DNA of 64,000 nucleotides from the human T2T-CHM13v2.0 reference genome, Homo sapiens. A program made the position numbers and the translations under genes. Within the stretch, counting starts at the first letter, position 1; the number at the start of each line of letters is the position of its first letter. The notes under the pieces were generated by a model, which worked only from the letters and a program-made list of their open reading frames with translations, had not been told where the DNA came from and ran no database searches. Location: NCBI RefSeq assembly GCF_009914755.1, contig NC_060928.1. One strand, given 5' to 3'. Positions 44,520 through 60,598 of this stretch are shown in pieces.

Positions 44520-44760
44520 TAGCTAAAATCAGAGACTTGGGCGCAAATTCAGACTGAGTTCCTTATTACTGTTTACTATGTATCCTTGAGCACGATATTT
44601 AACCTCATTAAGACTCAGTGTCCTCATTTGTCAATTGGGGGTTATAATAGCCAATAAGCAAGAAGGAAATGAGCTAAAGCATGAGAAGCATTCGGCACAG
44701 GGGCTGACACAAGTACAGTTCAACAGGTATGTGATAGATACTATGTTATTAATATTATTA
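44520..44760 (+). mobile_element. MIR
   Basis: CCTTGAGCACGATATTTAACCTC..CTCAGTGTCCTCATTTGTCAATTGGGG. Confidence 0.7.
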
Positions 44761-45076
44761 TTTTATTGATTTAAGAACCTACTAAACACATTTTATGTGT
44801 TAGCCCTAAGGGGTAAAACCCTGCACCCCACATTGGGCAGGTGCTAATGATGATGCACATCCACAGGCAGTTACAAAACAGCATCATACATGCCATGTAG
44901 AATCGTGCAAGAGCTATGGCTGCACACCACTCAACACGCATGTGTGGGACAAGGGAAAGTTCCAAGAAGAGTGATACCTCAGCTGACGGATGATTAAAGC
45001 AGAGAGAGAAGCAGTGTTCCTAGGCATGTGAAAAGGCCTGGAAAAAATAGTTCAGACATAGAGTGGTTGGGAAGTT

Positions 45077-45147
45077 GCTCAAGGGATCCTACTGCCTTGG
45101 CTTCCCAAAGTTCTGGGATTATAGGCATGAGCCACCATGCCCGGCCG
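45077..45147 (-). mobile_element. Alu 5' fragment
   Basis: GCTCAAG..CCCAAAGTTCTGGGATTATAGGCATGAGCCACCATGCCCGGCC. Confidence 0.85.
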
Positions 45148-45177
45148 AAGATTTTTTTTTAAGGGATAAATCTATAA

Positions 45178-45920
<743 letters not shown>

Positions 45921-45929
45921 CTACAATAA

Positions 45930-46380
45930 CAGATGCTAGCAGAGAAAGTTAAACCAAAGACAAAAGCACAACCAAGAATCACCAAATAGTTCAGCACAAC
46001 CAACACCTTGATATATGAGCATCCATCTAAATATACAGAAGATCTACTTCCTAAGGAAATACAATAAATACAGCAAACTGAAAGTGACTTTAAAAGAAAT
46101 ATAATTAATATCTTCACAAGCATTAAAAAGGACATCATATAACAAAAAAGGAAGTGCTTGAAATAATTAAAACAAAAATATTATAACTGAAATAAAACTG
46201 AGTAGAAGAACTAAGTGGACAGAGCTGAAGAATAGACACAGCTGATGGGCAAATGAGTGACCTAGAGCACAGCTCCAAAGTCAAACTGATGGAAAGTGGA
46301 AGGAAATAAAGAATGAGAGAGTGGAGACAGCTAGTATAGACAACCTAAATTGTCTTAAATTGGGACTAGAAGAAAGATGA
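45930..46380 (+). mobile_element. L1ME/HAL1 ORF1-like relic
   Basis: A-rich coiled-coil-type text AAGAATAGACACAGCTGA..AATGAGTGACCTAGA. Confidence 0.5.
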
Positions 46381-48363
46381 GAGAAGAGAGATAGAATGAC
46401 ATGGAATACTGGGCATATATAGATTTCAAGAGTGTTGAATGATGGAGGAGAAGCATACTGGACAATAGAATAGTGCCAGGAGAGAAACAGGGGGGAAAGA
46501 CAGTGGATATGAATAAAGTTTGTAAATTGGTGTCAGGAAATTGAGAGAGTTAACATTTACCACGTGATTTTTTTTTAACATGGGTGAGATGAGTTTTTCT
46601 TCCTCTTTCATTCCTACCTTCCTGGAGGCTGAAAGCTTCCACATCTAAGGTGACAGAAACAGGATTTCTATCATGAGTAGAAGACAGTCTTTGAACATAA
46701 TGAGATACCAAAGAAGAGGAATGTGTTAGCAGGAGATAAACCTTTACAATACCTGAGCTTTTTAAAAGATTTTTCTACTCTCAGTTCAGAGTACCACTTT
46801 TATCCTCCTTTCCTATCTTCTGGACCTATCCAATAGCAGAATTCTTGGGGAACAGAAAAGGACAATTATTCCAGAGACCCCTGCAACAAAGTAGACTGGG
46901 ATTAGGATGAGAAAAAGAGGAGTTAAGAAGATCAAGGGATGGTGGGAGGGCTCAAGGAGGAGAGTCCAGAAGAGGTGCTCTGTGATGAAGGGGATGGCCA
47001 TGTGGGCCCCGTGAGAGTTTATAAATGAAAGCCGACCCACGTGAGTGGAGAATAAGATGGGGAGTAAAGGAAGCCCTTCCTAAATTCTCACCCCCTTATG
47101 GATATTATGAGTTAAATGATAGCTCAAACCTGAAGTAAGAACTGAATGGACTTTCTTTGCAGCTGCGTTGTGTGTTTTTCCAGCTGAGAAAGAGTGTAGG
47201 GCTTTCCCCCAACAATTAACAGCAGAGGTCTAAAGTTTTCTAGTGGAAAACAACTTGTGTTGGAACAAAATGCCCAACTTTCTTTTACTGTGTCTCTTAC
47301 TGATTGCCACAGCCTTCTACCTCCAAGTTAAGAGGTAGAGTCACCAAGCTATATTTGGGGGCTCCTACTTGGGGTGTTCCCAGAGGTATCTAACAGAGTG
47401 TCCAGTACATTTGAAACTAAGTTAAGGGACAGTCCATCATGGAAGCCTAACTAGTCACAAGATGGTAACAAGAAAAGTGGGTCCAGGAGAAAGTGGTTTT
47501 GAGGTTTAGGATATCCAGACAGAAAGAGAGAGAAACAGTATAAATCATTTTGTGATCTTCTCATTACAGCCAGTTAAGAAGACTGGAACCATGCCTTCTT
47601 CAAACACAACAGGTCAGTTCCTTTATTGAGCTTCCCTACAATATACAGACAGTGGCATGTAGAGCCCTATTATTGGATAAATTATTTGTCCAATAATTGT
47701 TTTAAGTCTGGATCACTTCTATAAAGGGAAGACCCATCAGAGCTGGTAGGGCAAAACTTGACCACATACAATGGCTGCATCAGAACCAATGTGATGCCCT
47801 GTGATGATCAGGGGAAAAGGTATTGTTGCCTACATTGAATAATACTAGGTAGAAAAAACTAAAGACCTTTGTTAGGAGTGAAAACTGGTTCCCAAGTGGG
47901 AGAAATTTAAACTGCAGAATGTGGAGAGTAAGAATATGGAGCAAGAATAAAATGTATCAGAAAGTATAAAACAGAAAATGGTTATGGAAATTTACTACCT
48001 CTATCTTCAATGTGATATGTAAGTTAAATGCCGAAAATGCATTTGCCTTGATGCACAATGGATTGGTGAGCTTAAAGCAAGACTAAAGAATATTGAGAAA
48101 TTTTATACCAAGCATTTTATCACCTAACAAGAGAGGCCAAAGAGACTTCTAATTATTTCACAAAATTATAGAAATGTTATATAAGGTGGTAGAGAAAGGA
48201 AGCATGGAAGAAGACACAAGACACCAGATGTTGCTCATCAAGTGTTGCCGGTGAGCATTGACAGCAGAGGGAACATTAGCCAGCCTCTGGCTGCACACTG
48301 GACTAGTGCAGATTATCTGGGTGGCAAAAGGAACAGCTGAGGCTCTTTTAAAATTACTAGCTA

Positions 48364-49725
<1,362 letters not shown>

Positions 49726-50610
49726 AAAATTGCTAGCTACAAGGATAGAGCAGCCAGGACTATTTCCCTGAGTTAACTTTAAGTCATGATGCCTGAACCA
49801 CAACTAGTTATCTAGTTGCAGTTTTTGCAGCTGCACCAGTGCCCCGTGTTCTGCGGCAGGAACTCCTGAGAGAGTTGAGGGCTCTTTTCTTCAGGGAGAC
49901 ACATTTTTCTACTTCTGATGTGTGGGTAAGAGGGCATGCAATGGCAAACTGTTAGGAAATCCCATCTGAGTACTGGAAAAGACCCAAGGAAGCTGGGACT
50001 GATTTAGAATAGAGTTCAAATTTATACCTGTCAGATCCCTGCTACCTCAAGCCATGAGTGTTGATGCAGCCAGGCTGTTTTCCCCAGACTAGGGGAATTA
50101 AAGACAAGTAAAATCCAAGGAAAAGCTTGCAGGTTAAGTTGGACAGTCTCTATTATTTTCCTGTCACTATATGAGAAGCATGGCTCACTCTCACCTATAA
50201 GACCTAACAGAAAACTTTTGTTTATTGTGAGGAAAAGAAAAAAAAAAAGGAAAAATAAAAGAAAAAAAAAGGAGAGAGGAAAAAACAAACTCTTTCTCCA
50301 AGTACCTCCTGAAGTGTTCTTTCTGTCTAATGGGGGATGGCAGAATATGCCACCCCAATATATACCACTTTAGCATAAGAATTACTTTGCATTAAAGGCG
50401 TTTGGAAGCCAGAGGTGCAGGAAGATGGATTCTGACTTCCTCTTTTCTTTTCAAAAGCATGAGACAAAACGCCCACGTGAAAGATGCCCTCCTTATACCA
50501 GAAGAAAAGAAATATCCTTATCACCAGGCACAGGGAGTCGAGGCAGAGAGAATTTTGTACAAAAGGACCTTCATAAAATAACTCTTATCTTTCTTTCGTT
50601 TCCCCATATA

Positions 50611-52505
50611 CAGGCAACCCTCATTTTATAGTGCTTTGCTTTATTGCACTTTGCTATATTGTATTTTTTACAACTTGAAGGTTTTTGGCAATGCTCCTTT
50701 GAGCAAATGTATTAGTGCTATTTTCTGATGGCATGTGCTCATTTGGTGTCTCTGTGTCACATTTTGGTAATTCTCACAATATTTCAAATGTTTTCATAAT
50801 TATATCTGTTACAGTGATCAGTGGTCCTTGATATTATTATTGTAATTGTTTAGGGGCACCATGAACCATGCCCATATAAGGCAGTAAATTTAATAGATAA
50901 ATGTATGCATTCTAACTCCTCCACTGACCAGCCGTTCCCCATCTCTGTCCTCCTTGGGCCTTCCTATTCTCTGAGACACAACAATATTGAAATTAGGCCA
51001 ATTAATAGCCCTACAGTGAACTCGTGAGTGCTCAAATGAAAGAAAGAGTTGCACATCTCTCACTTTAAATCAAAAACTAGAAATGATTACATTCAGTGAG
51101 TAAGGCAAGTCAAAAGCCAAGGTAGGCCAGAAGCTAGGCCTTTTGTGCCAAACAGTTAGCCAAATTGTGAATGCAAACGAAAAGTTATTGAAGGACATGA
51201 AAAGTGCTACTTCACTAAAGACACAAGGGATACAAAAGCAAAACAGCCTTATTGCTGAAAAGGATAAAGTTTTCATGATTTAGATAGAAGATTAAACCAA
51301 ACACAACATTCTCTTAAGCTAATGCCTAAACCAAAGCAAGACTCCAATCGTCTTCAATTCTGTGAAGGCTGAGAGAGGTAAGCAAATTACAAAAGAAAAC
51401 TCGGAGGCCAGCAGAGGTTGATACATGAGGTTTAAGGAAAGAAGTTGTCTCCATAACATAATAGTGCAAGGTGAAGCAGCAAGTGCTCGTGTAGAAACTA
51501 CAGCAAGTTCTTCAGAAGATCTAGCTACGATAACTGATGAAAGTGACTATACCGAAAAAAAGATTTTCAATGTGGACAAAACAGTCTTGTAGTGGAAGAA
51601 TGTGCCATTTAGGATTTTGATAGCTAGAGAGGAGAAGTCAATGCCTGGCTTCAAAGTTTCAAAGGACAGGCTGACTCATATTATGGACTAATGCAGCTGG
51701 TGACTTTCAGTTGAAGCCAATGTTCATGTACCATTCTGAAAATCCTAAGCCCTTAAGAATGATGCTAAATCCATTCTGCCTGTGCTCTGTAAATGAAACA
51801 ACAAAGCATGGATGCCAGCATATCTCTTTACAGCATACTTTACTGAATATTTTAAGCCCACTATTGAGACCTACTTCTTAGAAAAAAATATTTCCTTCAA
51901 ATTTTACTGCTCATTGACAATGCACTTGGTCGTCCAAGAGCTCTGATGGAGATATACCAGGAAATTAATGTTGTTTTCAAGCCTGCTAACATAGTATCCA
52001 TTTTGTAGCCCATGGATCAAGAAATAATTTCAAGGAGTAATTTTTCCTTGAAAAATATATTTCTTAAACATGACTTAAAGTTGAAATTACTGCCATGGTT
52101 AGTGATTCCTCTGATGGATCTGGGCAAAATACATTGAAACCCTTCTGGAAAGGATTCACCATTCTCAATGTCATTAAGAACATTTGTGATTCAACGGAGG
52201 AAATCAAAAGACCACTAATAGAAGCTTGAAAGAAGTTGATTCTAATCCTCACGGGTGGCTTTGAAATGTTCAAACTTTAGTAGAAGTAAGTGTAGATGAT
52301 TGCAGACGATGAAGAAATTGCCACAGCTACCCTAACCTTAAGCAGCTGCCACCCTGACGAATCAGCAGCCATCAACATCAATGCAAGACCCTCTACCAAC
52401 AAAAAGATTACAACTCACTAAAGGTAAAGGGTCAGATAATTGTTAGCATTTTGAGCAACGAAGTATTTTTTAAATTAAAGTATGTACATAGTGTTTTCTT
52501 AAACA
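50611..52505 (+). mobile_element. Tigger1 DNA transposon body (decayed transposase)
   Basis: TA|CAGGCA..CTC..TTTAT left TIR; GTGCAAGGTGAAGCAGCAAGTGCT, GCTAGAGAGGAGAAGTCAATGCCTGGCTTCAAAG, CTGCTCATTGACAATGCAC. Confidence 0.93.
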
Positions 52506-52509
52506 CAAA

Positions 52510-53300
52510 TTCATTTATTATAAAATACATGAAAGAGAGTTTCAACTCAGGAAGTTATCAACAGAAGTTTATGTCAACAGAAGTTATCAAGAGTTAGCCA
52601 CATTTATTTTTCAAATATAATTTAATGAAATAGAAATAATAGTAAAGTTAAAAAGAAAATCTAAAGCTATTTATTTTAATAAGTAAATTATCAGATAAGC
52701 TTTGCCAAGTCTAAACAATTGAACAAAAGAGAATAAACATAATAAATCCATAGGAATAAATAATATAAAATATTTTATATTATAAAAGAATAATCTATTT
52801 ATACCAATACACTTAAAAATAAAAAAATTGTCTAAAATTATTTTAAGAAATATAAACTACCAAAATTGGCTTAAAGAATAAGGCTGGGCACAGTGGCTCA
52901 CATGTGTAATCCCAGAACCTGGGAGGCCAAGGTGGGAAGATCACTTGAGGCCAGGATTTCGAGACCAACCTGGCCAATGTGCTGAAACCCTGTCTCTACT
53001 AAAAATACAAAAATTAGCCAGGTGTGGTGGTTGGCACCTGTTGTTCCAGCTACTCAGAGGCTGAGGCAGAATTCCTTGAACCTGGGAGGTGGAGGTTGCA
53101 GTGAGCCAAGATTGTGCCATTGCACTCCAGACTGGGCAACAATAGCGAGACTCTGTCTCAAAAAAAAAAAAAAAAAAAAAAGAATAAGTGATGACCTTAA
53201 GTAAACCAATAATTATAGAAAAAAATTGAAAATGTAATTAGGTCCTTGATTTTAAAAGACACTAGTTTAAATTATTTTATGCAGTTGGGTAATGTAAATT
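52510..53300 (+). mobile_element. Highly diverged L1M ORF2 fragment, interrupted by Alu
   Basis: AAATATAAACTACCAAAATTGGCTTAAAGAA..CCTTAAGTAAACCAATAATTATAGAAAAAAATTGAAA. Confidence 0.6.
52882..53181 (+). mobile_element. AluSz/Sx
   Basis: Full dimer; TSD AAAGAATAA. Confidence 0.9.
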
Positions 53301-53361
53301 TTTTTTAAATTATAGAAGTAATACATGCTCATTTTAATTAATGCAACATACGTAAGTAAAA

Positions 53362-54020
<659 letters not shown>

Positions 54021-55223
54021 TTATTTCATTTACATTTCCACAATTGCTTCTCTTTGTTCAACCTAGTATATAAAGACTTAGCTTGTGCCACTTCTTCAGG
54101 CCTTCATTTTCCTTTGGGGGTTCCCACATACATGTAAAAATCTGTATGTTTTCCTGCTGCTAGTCTGTCTTACATCAATTTAATTCTCAGGCCCAGCCAG
54201 AGACCCTGAAGGAGTAGAGGTGAAATTTTGCTTTTCCTACACCAGTAATGATCATAATTACCTCCATTCTGAAGATCCACCCACTGAGATGTAGCCCAGC
54301 AATGAGGAGCAGATTCTATCTGAAGAACAACCTGAGCCCATTATTTATGAGGAATAGACCCGTATTAAGGTCTGTTGCTGAAGAGACAGAAATGGAGTTA
54401 GGACCCACAGACCATACCTCCGCAAACTCTCTGTCTTTGCTTGCCAGAGCATAGAATTGTAAAAAAATGACTGAAGGAGCAGATGCTAAAGTTTCTAGGT
54501 AAATACATTGGCAAAAGAACACCAAGCTTGGATCACCAAGGTTCAGGACAGCCTAACTCCTGAGGTACAACCCAGGCAGGAGAACCAGCACCAACAAGAG
54601 GTTGGTGCAACCCAGAAGGGGAACCCTTCCTGGTGTCTTTCTCACATGCGGCCATGAGCACAACAGACTGAAACCTCGTTTACTACCAGGTCAGGGAGTC
54701 CCAGGATTGTGTGTGAACTAGGAACTTGTAACCATGATGTGCTTTCCCTTTCTTCCCTATTCTGAATGTGAACTTTTATTGTAATTTTTTCCCTTTTACT
54801 GTATATTATTGGATTCTTATGTAGATTTCTTACCATGTAGAATTTTGTGAACCTGACTCAAAAGAATACAAATCACTCAAAGATTCTGGACGTAGTAAAT
54901 TACACCACAGGAAAACTGAAAAAAAGAAATAAAGAAAAAAGAAAAAAAAGGACAGAAAAGAGAATTTTTCGTAGTTTTTAATAACCATTTTTTAACAAGT
55001 ACCATTATAACAGTACTAATGAAAATCAAACATACTTCAAAATTATTAAACTATATAAGAAAACCCTCTCCCCAAAATCCAACTCTACAATCAAATCTGC
55101 TTTGCTTTCTCAACCTTTCCTCCTGATTTTAGTCTTTGTGCATACACAACTGAACATGATATAATCTGAAAATTTCACATATATATATAATCTTGGAGCT
55201 AAAAAAAATCATAGTTTTTGTCA

Positions 55224-55566
<343 letters not shown>

Positions 55567-55888
55567 ATGCAAGTCCTAAAGGATAATTTGGGCTATCTCC
55601 AGTTCAGGAATACTCACATTATGTTTTACATTTCATGTATATGGAAGGCTTCTCAGCAGCTAAGGAGTGGGATGGAGAAGTCATGTATCTTTGAAGATTC
55701 ATTCCATCCCAACACATCATTTGGTTTCACTGGACTTACCCAGTCCTGATTCTGGGAGTGGTTCATATAACCTACACCTGGCCAATGGACTGCACCCCTC
55801 ATCCCCACCATGATTAAAGCAGTTGGCTCAGGGAGGGGTAATCATCACTGGCTGAATTACTTTCCTCTAGGTTTGGTAACAAATTACC

Positions 55889-56308
55889 ACTGACTCCAAT
55901 TTTTAAAGTTCTACTGTGGGTAAAATGCTATCAAACAGCATAGCATGCCACAGAAAAATCTTTCATGAAAGGAAGAGTCAATTGATGTGGCAAACTTCAT
56001 TGTTGTCTTATTTGGAGGAATTGCCACAGCCAAACCAATTTCAGCCTCCACCACACTGATCAGTCAGCAGTCATTAATATTAATGCAAGACCTTCCACTA
56101 GCAAAAAGATTATGACTCGCTGAAGGCTCAAATGATTGTTAGCAATTTTTTTAGCAATGAAGTATTTTTAAATTAAGGTATGTACTTTTTAAAATAACTT
56201 TTGTACGCACTGAGAGACCAGGAAAATTTTTGTAACTTGCTTTATTATGATATTTGCTTCATTGTGGTGGTCTGGGAATGAACTCTCAATATCCTCGAGG
56301 TATGCCCA
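55889..56308 (+). mobile_element. Tigger1 3' fragment (separate copy)
   Basis: GTTCTACTGTGGGTAAAATGCTATCAAACAGCAT..CAATATCCTCGAGGTATGCC then TA. Confidence 0.9.
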
Positions 56309-56344
56309 TATATGTTATAAATATATGTTTATATGTGTAAATGT

Positions 56345-56482
56345 TATATGTTATTAATTGGTTGACAAAAATATTATGATGAAAGGCTCATATTTCCCCT
56401 AGGGACAATGGTTCTTCATTCACTAATTTAGGGTTCCTGATGACTATGAAACAAAACTACCATGAATAAAAAGAACCAAATG
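56345..56482 (+). mobile_element. MER44/Tigger7 end fragment
   Basis: TATTTCCCCTAGGGACAATGGTTC..CTAATTTAG..AACTACCATGAATAA. Confidence 0.6.
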
Positions 56483-56507
56483 TATTTCAATCTATGACAT
56501 GGTAATA

Positions 56508-56709
56508 CAGTCATGCGCCACATAACAATGTTTTGGTCAATGACAGACTGCATGTATTATAGTGGTCCCATGGATTTTTAATGGAGCTGAAAATTTTCTG
56601 TCACCTAGTGGCATCGTAGCCCTTGTAAGATCATACTGCAAGGCATTACTCAAGTGTTTGTGGTCATGCTGGTGTAAACAAACCTACTGCTCTACCAGTC
56701 ATATAAAAG
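56508..56709 (+). mobile_element. MER47-like (TcMar-Tigger) 5' part
   Basis: TA|CAGTCATGCGCCACATAAC..AATGGAGCTGAAAA..GCTGGTGTAAACAAACCTACTGC. Confidence 0.8.
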
Positions 56710-56711
56710 TA

Positions 56712-56954
56712 CAGTCTTGTGTTACATAACAACAAGGATCTGTTCTGAGAAATGCAGCATTAGTTGATGTCCTCATTGTGCAAACATCATAGGATGTACT
56801 TACACAAACCTATAATGGTATAGCCTACTACACACCTGGGCTATATGATAAAGCCTATCATTCTTAGTCTACAAACCTGCACAGCATGTTACTATACTGA
56901 ATATTGTAGGCAACGGTAAAACAATGGTAAGTATGTGTGTATGTAAACATATTT
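56712..56954 (+). mobile_element. Tigger3 (MER7/Golem) fragment nested in MER47
   Basis: TA|CAGTC..GTTCTGAGAAATGC..TGTACTTACACAAACCTA..GGTATAGCCTACTACACACCT. Confidence 0.85.
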
Positions 56955-57260
<306 letters not shown>

Positions 57261-57291
57261 GACTATGTTACTGGCTTATGTATTTACTATA

Positions 57292-57389
57292 CTGGTCTCA
57301 AACTCCAGGCCTGAAGTGATCCTCCCTCCTTGGCCCCTTAAAGTGTCCCAAAGTTCTAGGACTACAAGTGTGAGCCACCATGCCTGGCC
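57292..57389 (-). mobile_element. Alu 5' fragment
   Basis: CTGGTCTCAAACTCC..GAGCCACCATGCCTGGCC. Confidence 0.8.
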
Positions 57390-57399
57390 AGGGTTTTTT

Positions 57400-57755
57400 C
57401 TTTCTAGAGTCTCTGAGGGAGCATCTGTTCTGTGTCTGCCTTCTAGCTTCTGGTGGTTGTAGGTAATTCTTGGCATTTCTTTGGCTTGTAGCTATATCAT
57501 TTCAATTTCTAACTCTGTTCTTCACATGACCTTCTTCCCTGTGTGTCCTCTGTGTCTCTCTATTAGCACTATTCTCTTCTTTCTCTTTTAAAGACACGAG
57601 TTGTAAATTTATGGCCCACCCTAATCCAGGCTGACCTCATCTGAACTTGATTACATCTGCAAAGATCCTATTTCCAAATAGGGTCACCGTCACACAGGTA
57701 TTGGTGGTTAGGACATCAATATATCTCTTCTGGGGACACAGTTCAGCCCACTCTA
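57400..57755 (-). mobile_element. MLT1C-like LTR, partial
   Basis: CTAGCTTCTGGTGGTTG, TTACATCTGCAAAGATCCTATTTCCAAATAGGGTCAC, GGGGACACAGTTCAGCCCA. Confidence 0.85.
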
Positions 57756-57892
57756 CCCCGTTTTCAGTTAAATTAGCTTAAGTGGGTATCTGCTCTTTTC
57801 TTGTTCTAAGACTCTCAAAGACAGAACTCCAGTGACCTTCAGCTTCACTCTTCAGTCACCCATTTTCATAGCTCTTACCAAGACCCAAAGTG

Positions 57893-58042
57893 AGAGTTGA
57901 TAGTTATCTCTCACTTTCCACAGGAACTTTTTAAACCTAATCTATTCCATTTATAAGTGTTTCTCTTTGTCTTCCCATGCTCATTGATACTTCACTTCCT
58001 TTCTGTGGTGAGTAGAGAGGTCCCCACTAATGAAGGATGTGG
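57893..58042 (+). repeat. 150-bp dispersed direct duplication, copy 1
   Basis: 139/150 identical to 59275-59424, no gaps. Confidence 0.95.
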
Positions 58043-58365
58043 TAGGTTTCAGTTCAATATCAGAAAGTGCTCCACCTGATATATCATTTTTTAATTATAA
58101 AAATTTTCAAAGAGTGGAGAGAACAGTATGTTTTACCCTAATCACCTTTAACAGTATAAATTCAAACACCCCACTCTTATCAAAGCCATTTACTCTTCAA
58201 AATGTCCCACCTGGTTTCTCCTGATACATCTGCTCTTTGATCTCACCACAGCCTTCAGCCTCTGCTTTCTCTATTTTCTCCCTTTTTATTTTCTTTCTAC
58301 ATAGCTTACATTCCCTGATCCAAAACAAACTTAATTTTTACTGTCAATATTTTCCTCTTAAAAGC

Positions 58366-59091
58366 TGTGGAAGGCAGGTGAATTCCTAGGCAGGCAGGGA
58401 TGTCAGAACTAGGCTGGAAGTCAGAACTTTAAGCCAAGGATAGTCTAAGGCTTGAAAACTGAGATGCCAGTTCTGGATAGAATCCACGGACCAGAGTGAG
58501 GACTCCCACTCCCATCTGGCATGCTTCTTTCCAATTGGTCCTTACCTTTCAACATATACCTATCTTTCTGTGATTGGCTGTGGGCCGAATGTTCATTTGC
58601 ATAGAGTGAAACGTCACTCCAGCCCCCAATCAGTTGTGGGCCGAGCCTTCACTTCTGCCTTCAATACGTTTTTTTACACTATCGTTTCTCTTTCTGAGTG
58701 GTGCTTTTTCCAAAACAGCCCCCAGACCAGTCAGCACACTCCTCCTTCCTTCTCAGTCCATAAAGACCCTGACCATAGCCCTGCAGCCAGCAACCATCTT
58801 TTGGATCCCCTCTCTGCTGTGAGCTTTTTCTGTTGCTTGATAAATCCTACTCTGCTTTACACACTCTCCAGTGTCCATGTGCCTTATTCTTCTTGGTCAT
58901 GGGACAAGAACCCAGAACTCACCAAACTGCAGGAGCACAGGAACTGTAGTGCTCCAGCTCACTGAGCTGCTGGTGGCAGGACTAAAAGGGCTGTAACACT
59001 TCCTCCAACTTGCCGAAATACAGAAGTGAAGAAGCCACTGGGCACCACTCCCTCCCGCTCGCTGGACAGTGGAAGTAGGAAAGCTGCAACA
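58366..59091 (+). mobile_element. ERV1 solo LTR (LTR27/LTR28-like) inside an L2 relic
   Basis: AATTCCTAGGCAG, TGAAAACTGAGATGCCAGTTCTGGATAGAATCCACG, ACTAAAAGGGCTGTAACAC; ends GCTGCAACA. Confidence 0.75.
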
Positions 59092-59274
59092 CTCCATTGA
59101 TCCCTTGCCCTTCAATTGCATCCACTGGAAAAATTCTAAATCCAGATCTGTCTAATTGCCTTCTTCATGCCTATACTTGTGCCCTTGAGGGCTGCTAGAG
59201 AAAATTACACCACTTAGGCGGGTATACAGTTCTGACTTCCAGCCTAGACTCTCACGTCTGCTTGGCAGTCCTAC

Positions 59275-59424
59275 AGAGTTGATAGTTATCTCTCACCTTC
59301 CATGGGAACTTTTTAAACCTAATCTGTTCCATTTATAAGTGTTTCTCTTTGTCTCCCCATGCCCACTGATACTTCACTTCCTTTCTATGGTGGGTAGAGA
59401 GGTGCCCACTAATGAGGGATGTGG
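59275..59424 (+). repeat. 150-bp dispersed direct duplication, copy 2
   Basis: See copy 1. Confidence 0.95.
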
Positions 59425-60415
59425 CATGCTTCTCTGCCCATTCCATTCCCCAAACCAAAACAGACAGACATACAGATACACACATACTCTCTCTCTTCCT
59501 GGAGCCAGAGGCTTCTCAAGGTTAGGAAAAGTAAAAGGAGAATTAGAGTAGCTATACAAGTTTGGGGAAAACCTGATCTTCTTTTAGTATTACAAAGTAC
59601 AAGAAATACCTTAGCAGTGAGGACCATGTGGTGTCTAAGGCAAGTGCATTGTTACCACACACTGTGCTGCAGCCAACCTCATGGGATGTTCCCTCTCCAG
59701 GCTCACCCAGTACCTTATGAATTAACTGACGTCCTGGATAGACTTCTCTCTGCCCTCTGGGGAGCTGTCATTGGATCTTATGATTCACTTTGAGAGCCTT
59801 CATCCTCCAAATTCAAATCCTTAAAAACAACAAACAAACAAGCAAACAAACAAAAAAATATGTAACTCCCATAACATCTCTAGTTCTCTAAGTGAATGGG
59901 ACAGAGGCAGTGTTTGAGCAGAATTCTTCCAAGGGTCTGTATTTGCTGAGATACTTGTGCCCCATATACCTCACAGGGTTACAGTACAATTGGGGATTGT
60001 CAAGAGAAAGTTTAAGATTTACCTCTTTGAGGTGCCCACTGCTTTAAAGTCTCTTCTCTTGTTCTTCCAAAGACTTACCAAATATAATGAGATTGCCTGG
60101 ATACACCACTATGTCCAAAGAATTTATATTTTCAGATATTCTCTCCATATCAACTGCTGGGGTAGCTGGGGTCCCGGAGACACAGCTTCTTTTAGACTTG
60201 GTGTTTTTCTTCCACCTAAAGTAGGGTTGACTAATTTTTTTTTCTAAGCTAGATATTTTCTTTTCTTTGTTTGTTTTAATATTTTTATTGAAATAAAACT
60301 GCTATTGGCTGGTCTACAGGGTTTTTCTTCCATTTTACCCCCAAGTATATTCAGATATTACATGCTCACTTCCCTGAGTCTGAGGCAGGTGTCTTCAAAT
60401 AGGTCTAAAATGGCA

Positions 60416-60598
60416 TCAGCCTCCTGAGTAGCTAGGATTACAGGCATATGCCACCATACCCAGCTAATTTTGTATTTTTAGTAGAGACGGGGTTTCTCCA
60501 TGTTGGTCAGGCTGGTCTTGAACTCCCGACCTCAGGTGATCCGCCTGCCTTGGCCTCCCAAAGTGCTGGGATTACAGGCATGAGCCACCACACCCGTC
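60416..60598 (-). mobile_element. AluSp lacking its 3' third and tail
   Basis: GGTTTCTCCATGTTGGTCAGG..CTCCCGACC; starts abruptly at TCAGCCTCC. Confidence 0.88.

Noticed and set aside
50611-52505. Domesticated TIGD1-like transposase gene
   Set aside because: No long plus-strand ORF; many stops and frameshifts, and an internal deletion near 52300.
53255-53300. Weak inverted similarity to the MER34 flank right of Tigger1
   Set aside because: Equally well explained by colinear L1 ORF2 sequence; not used as evidence.
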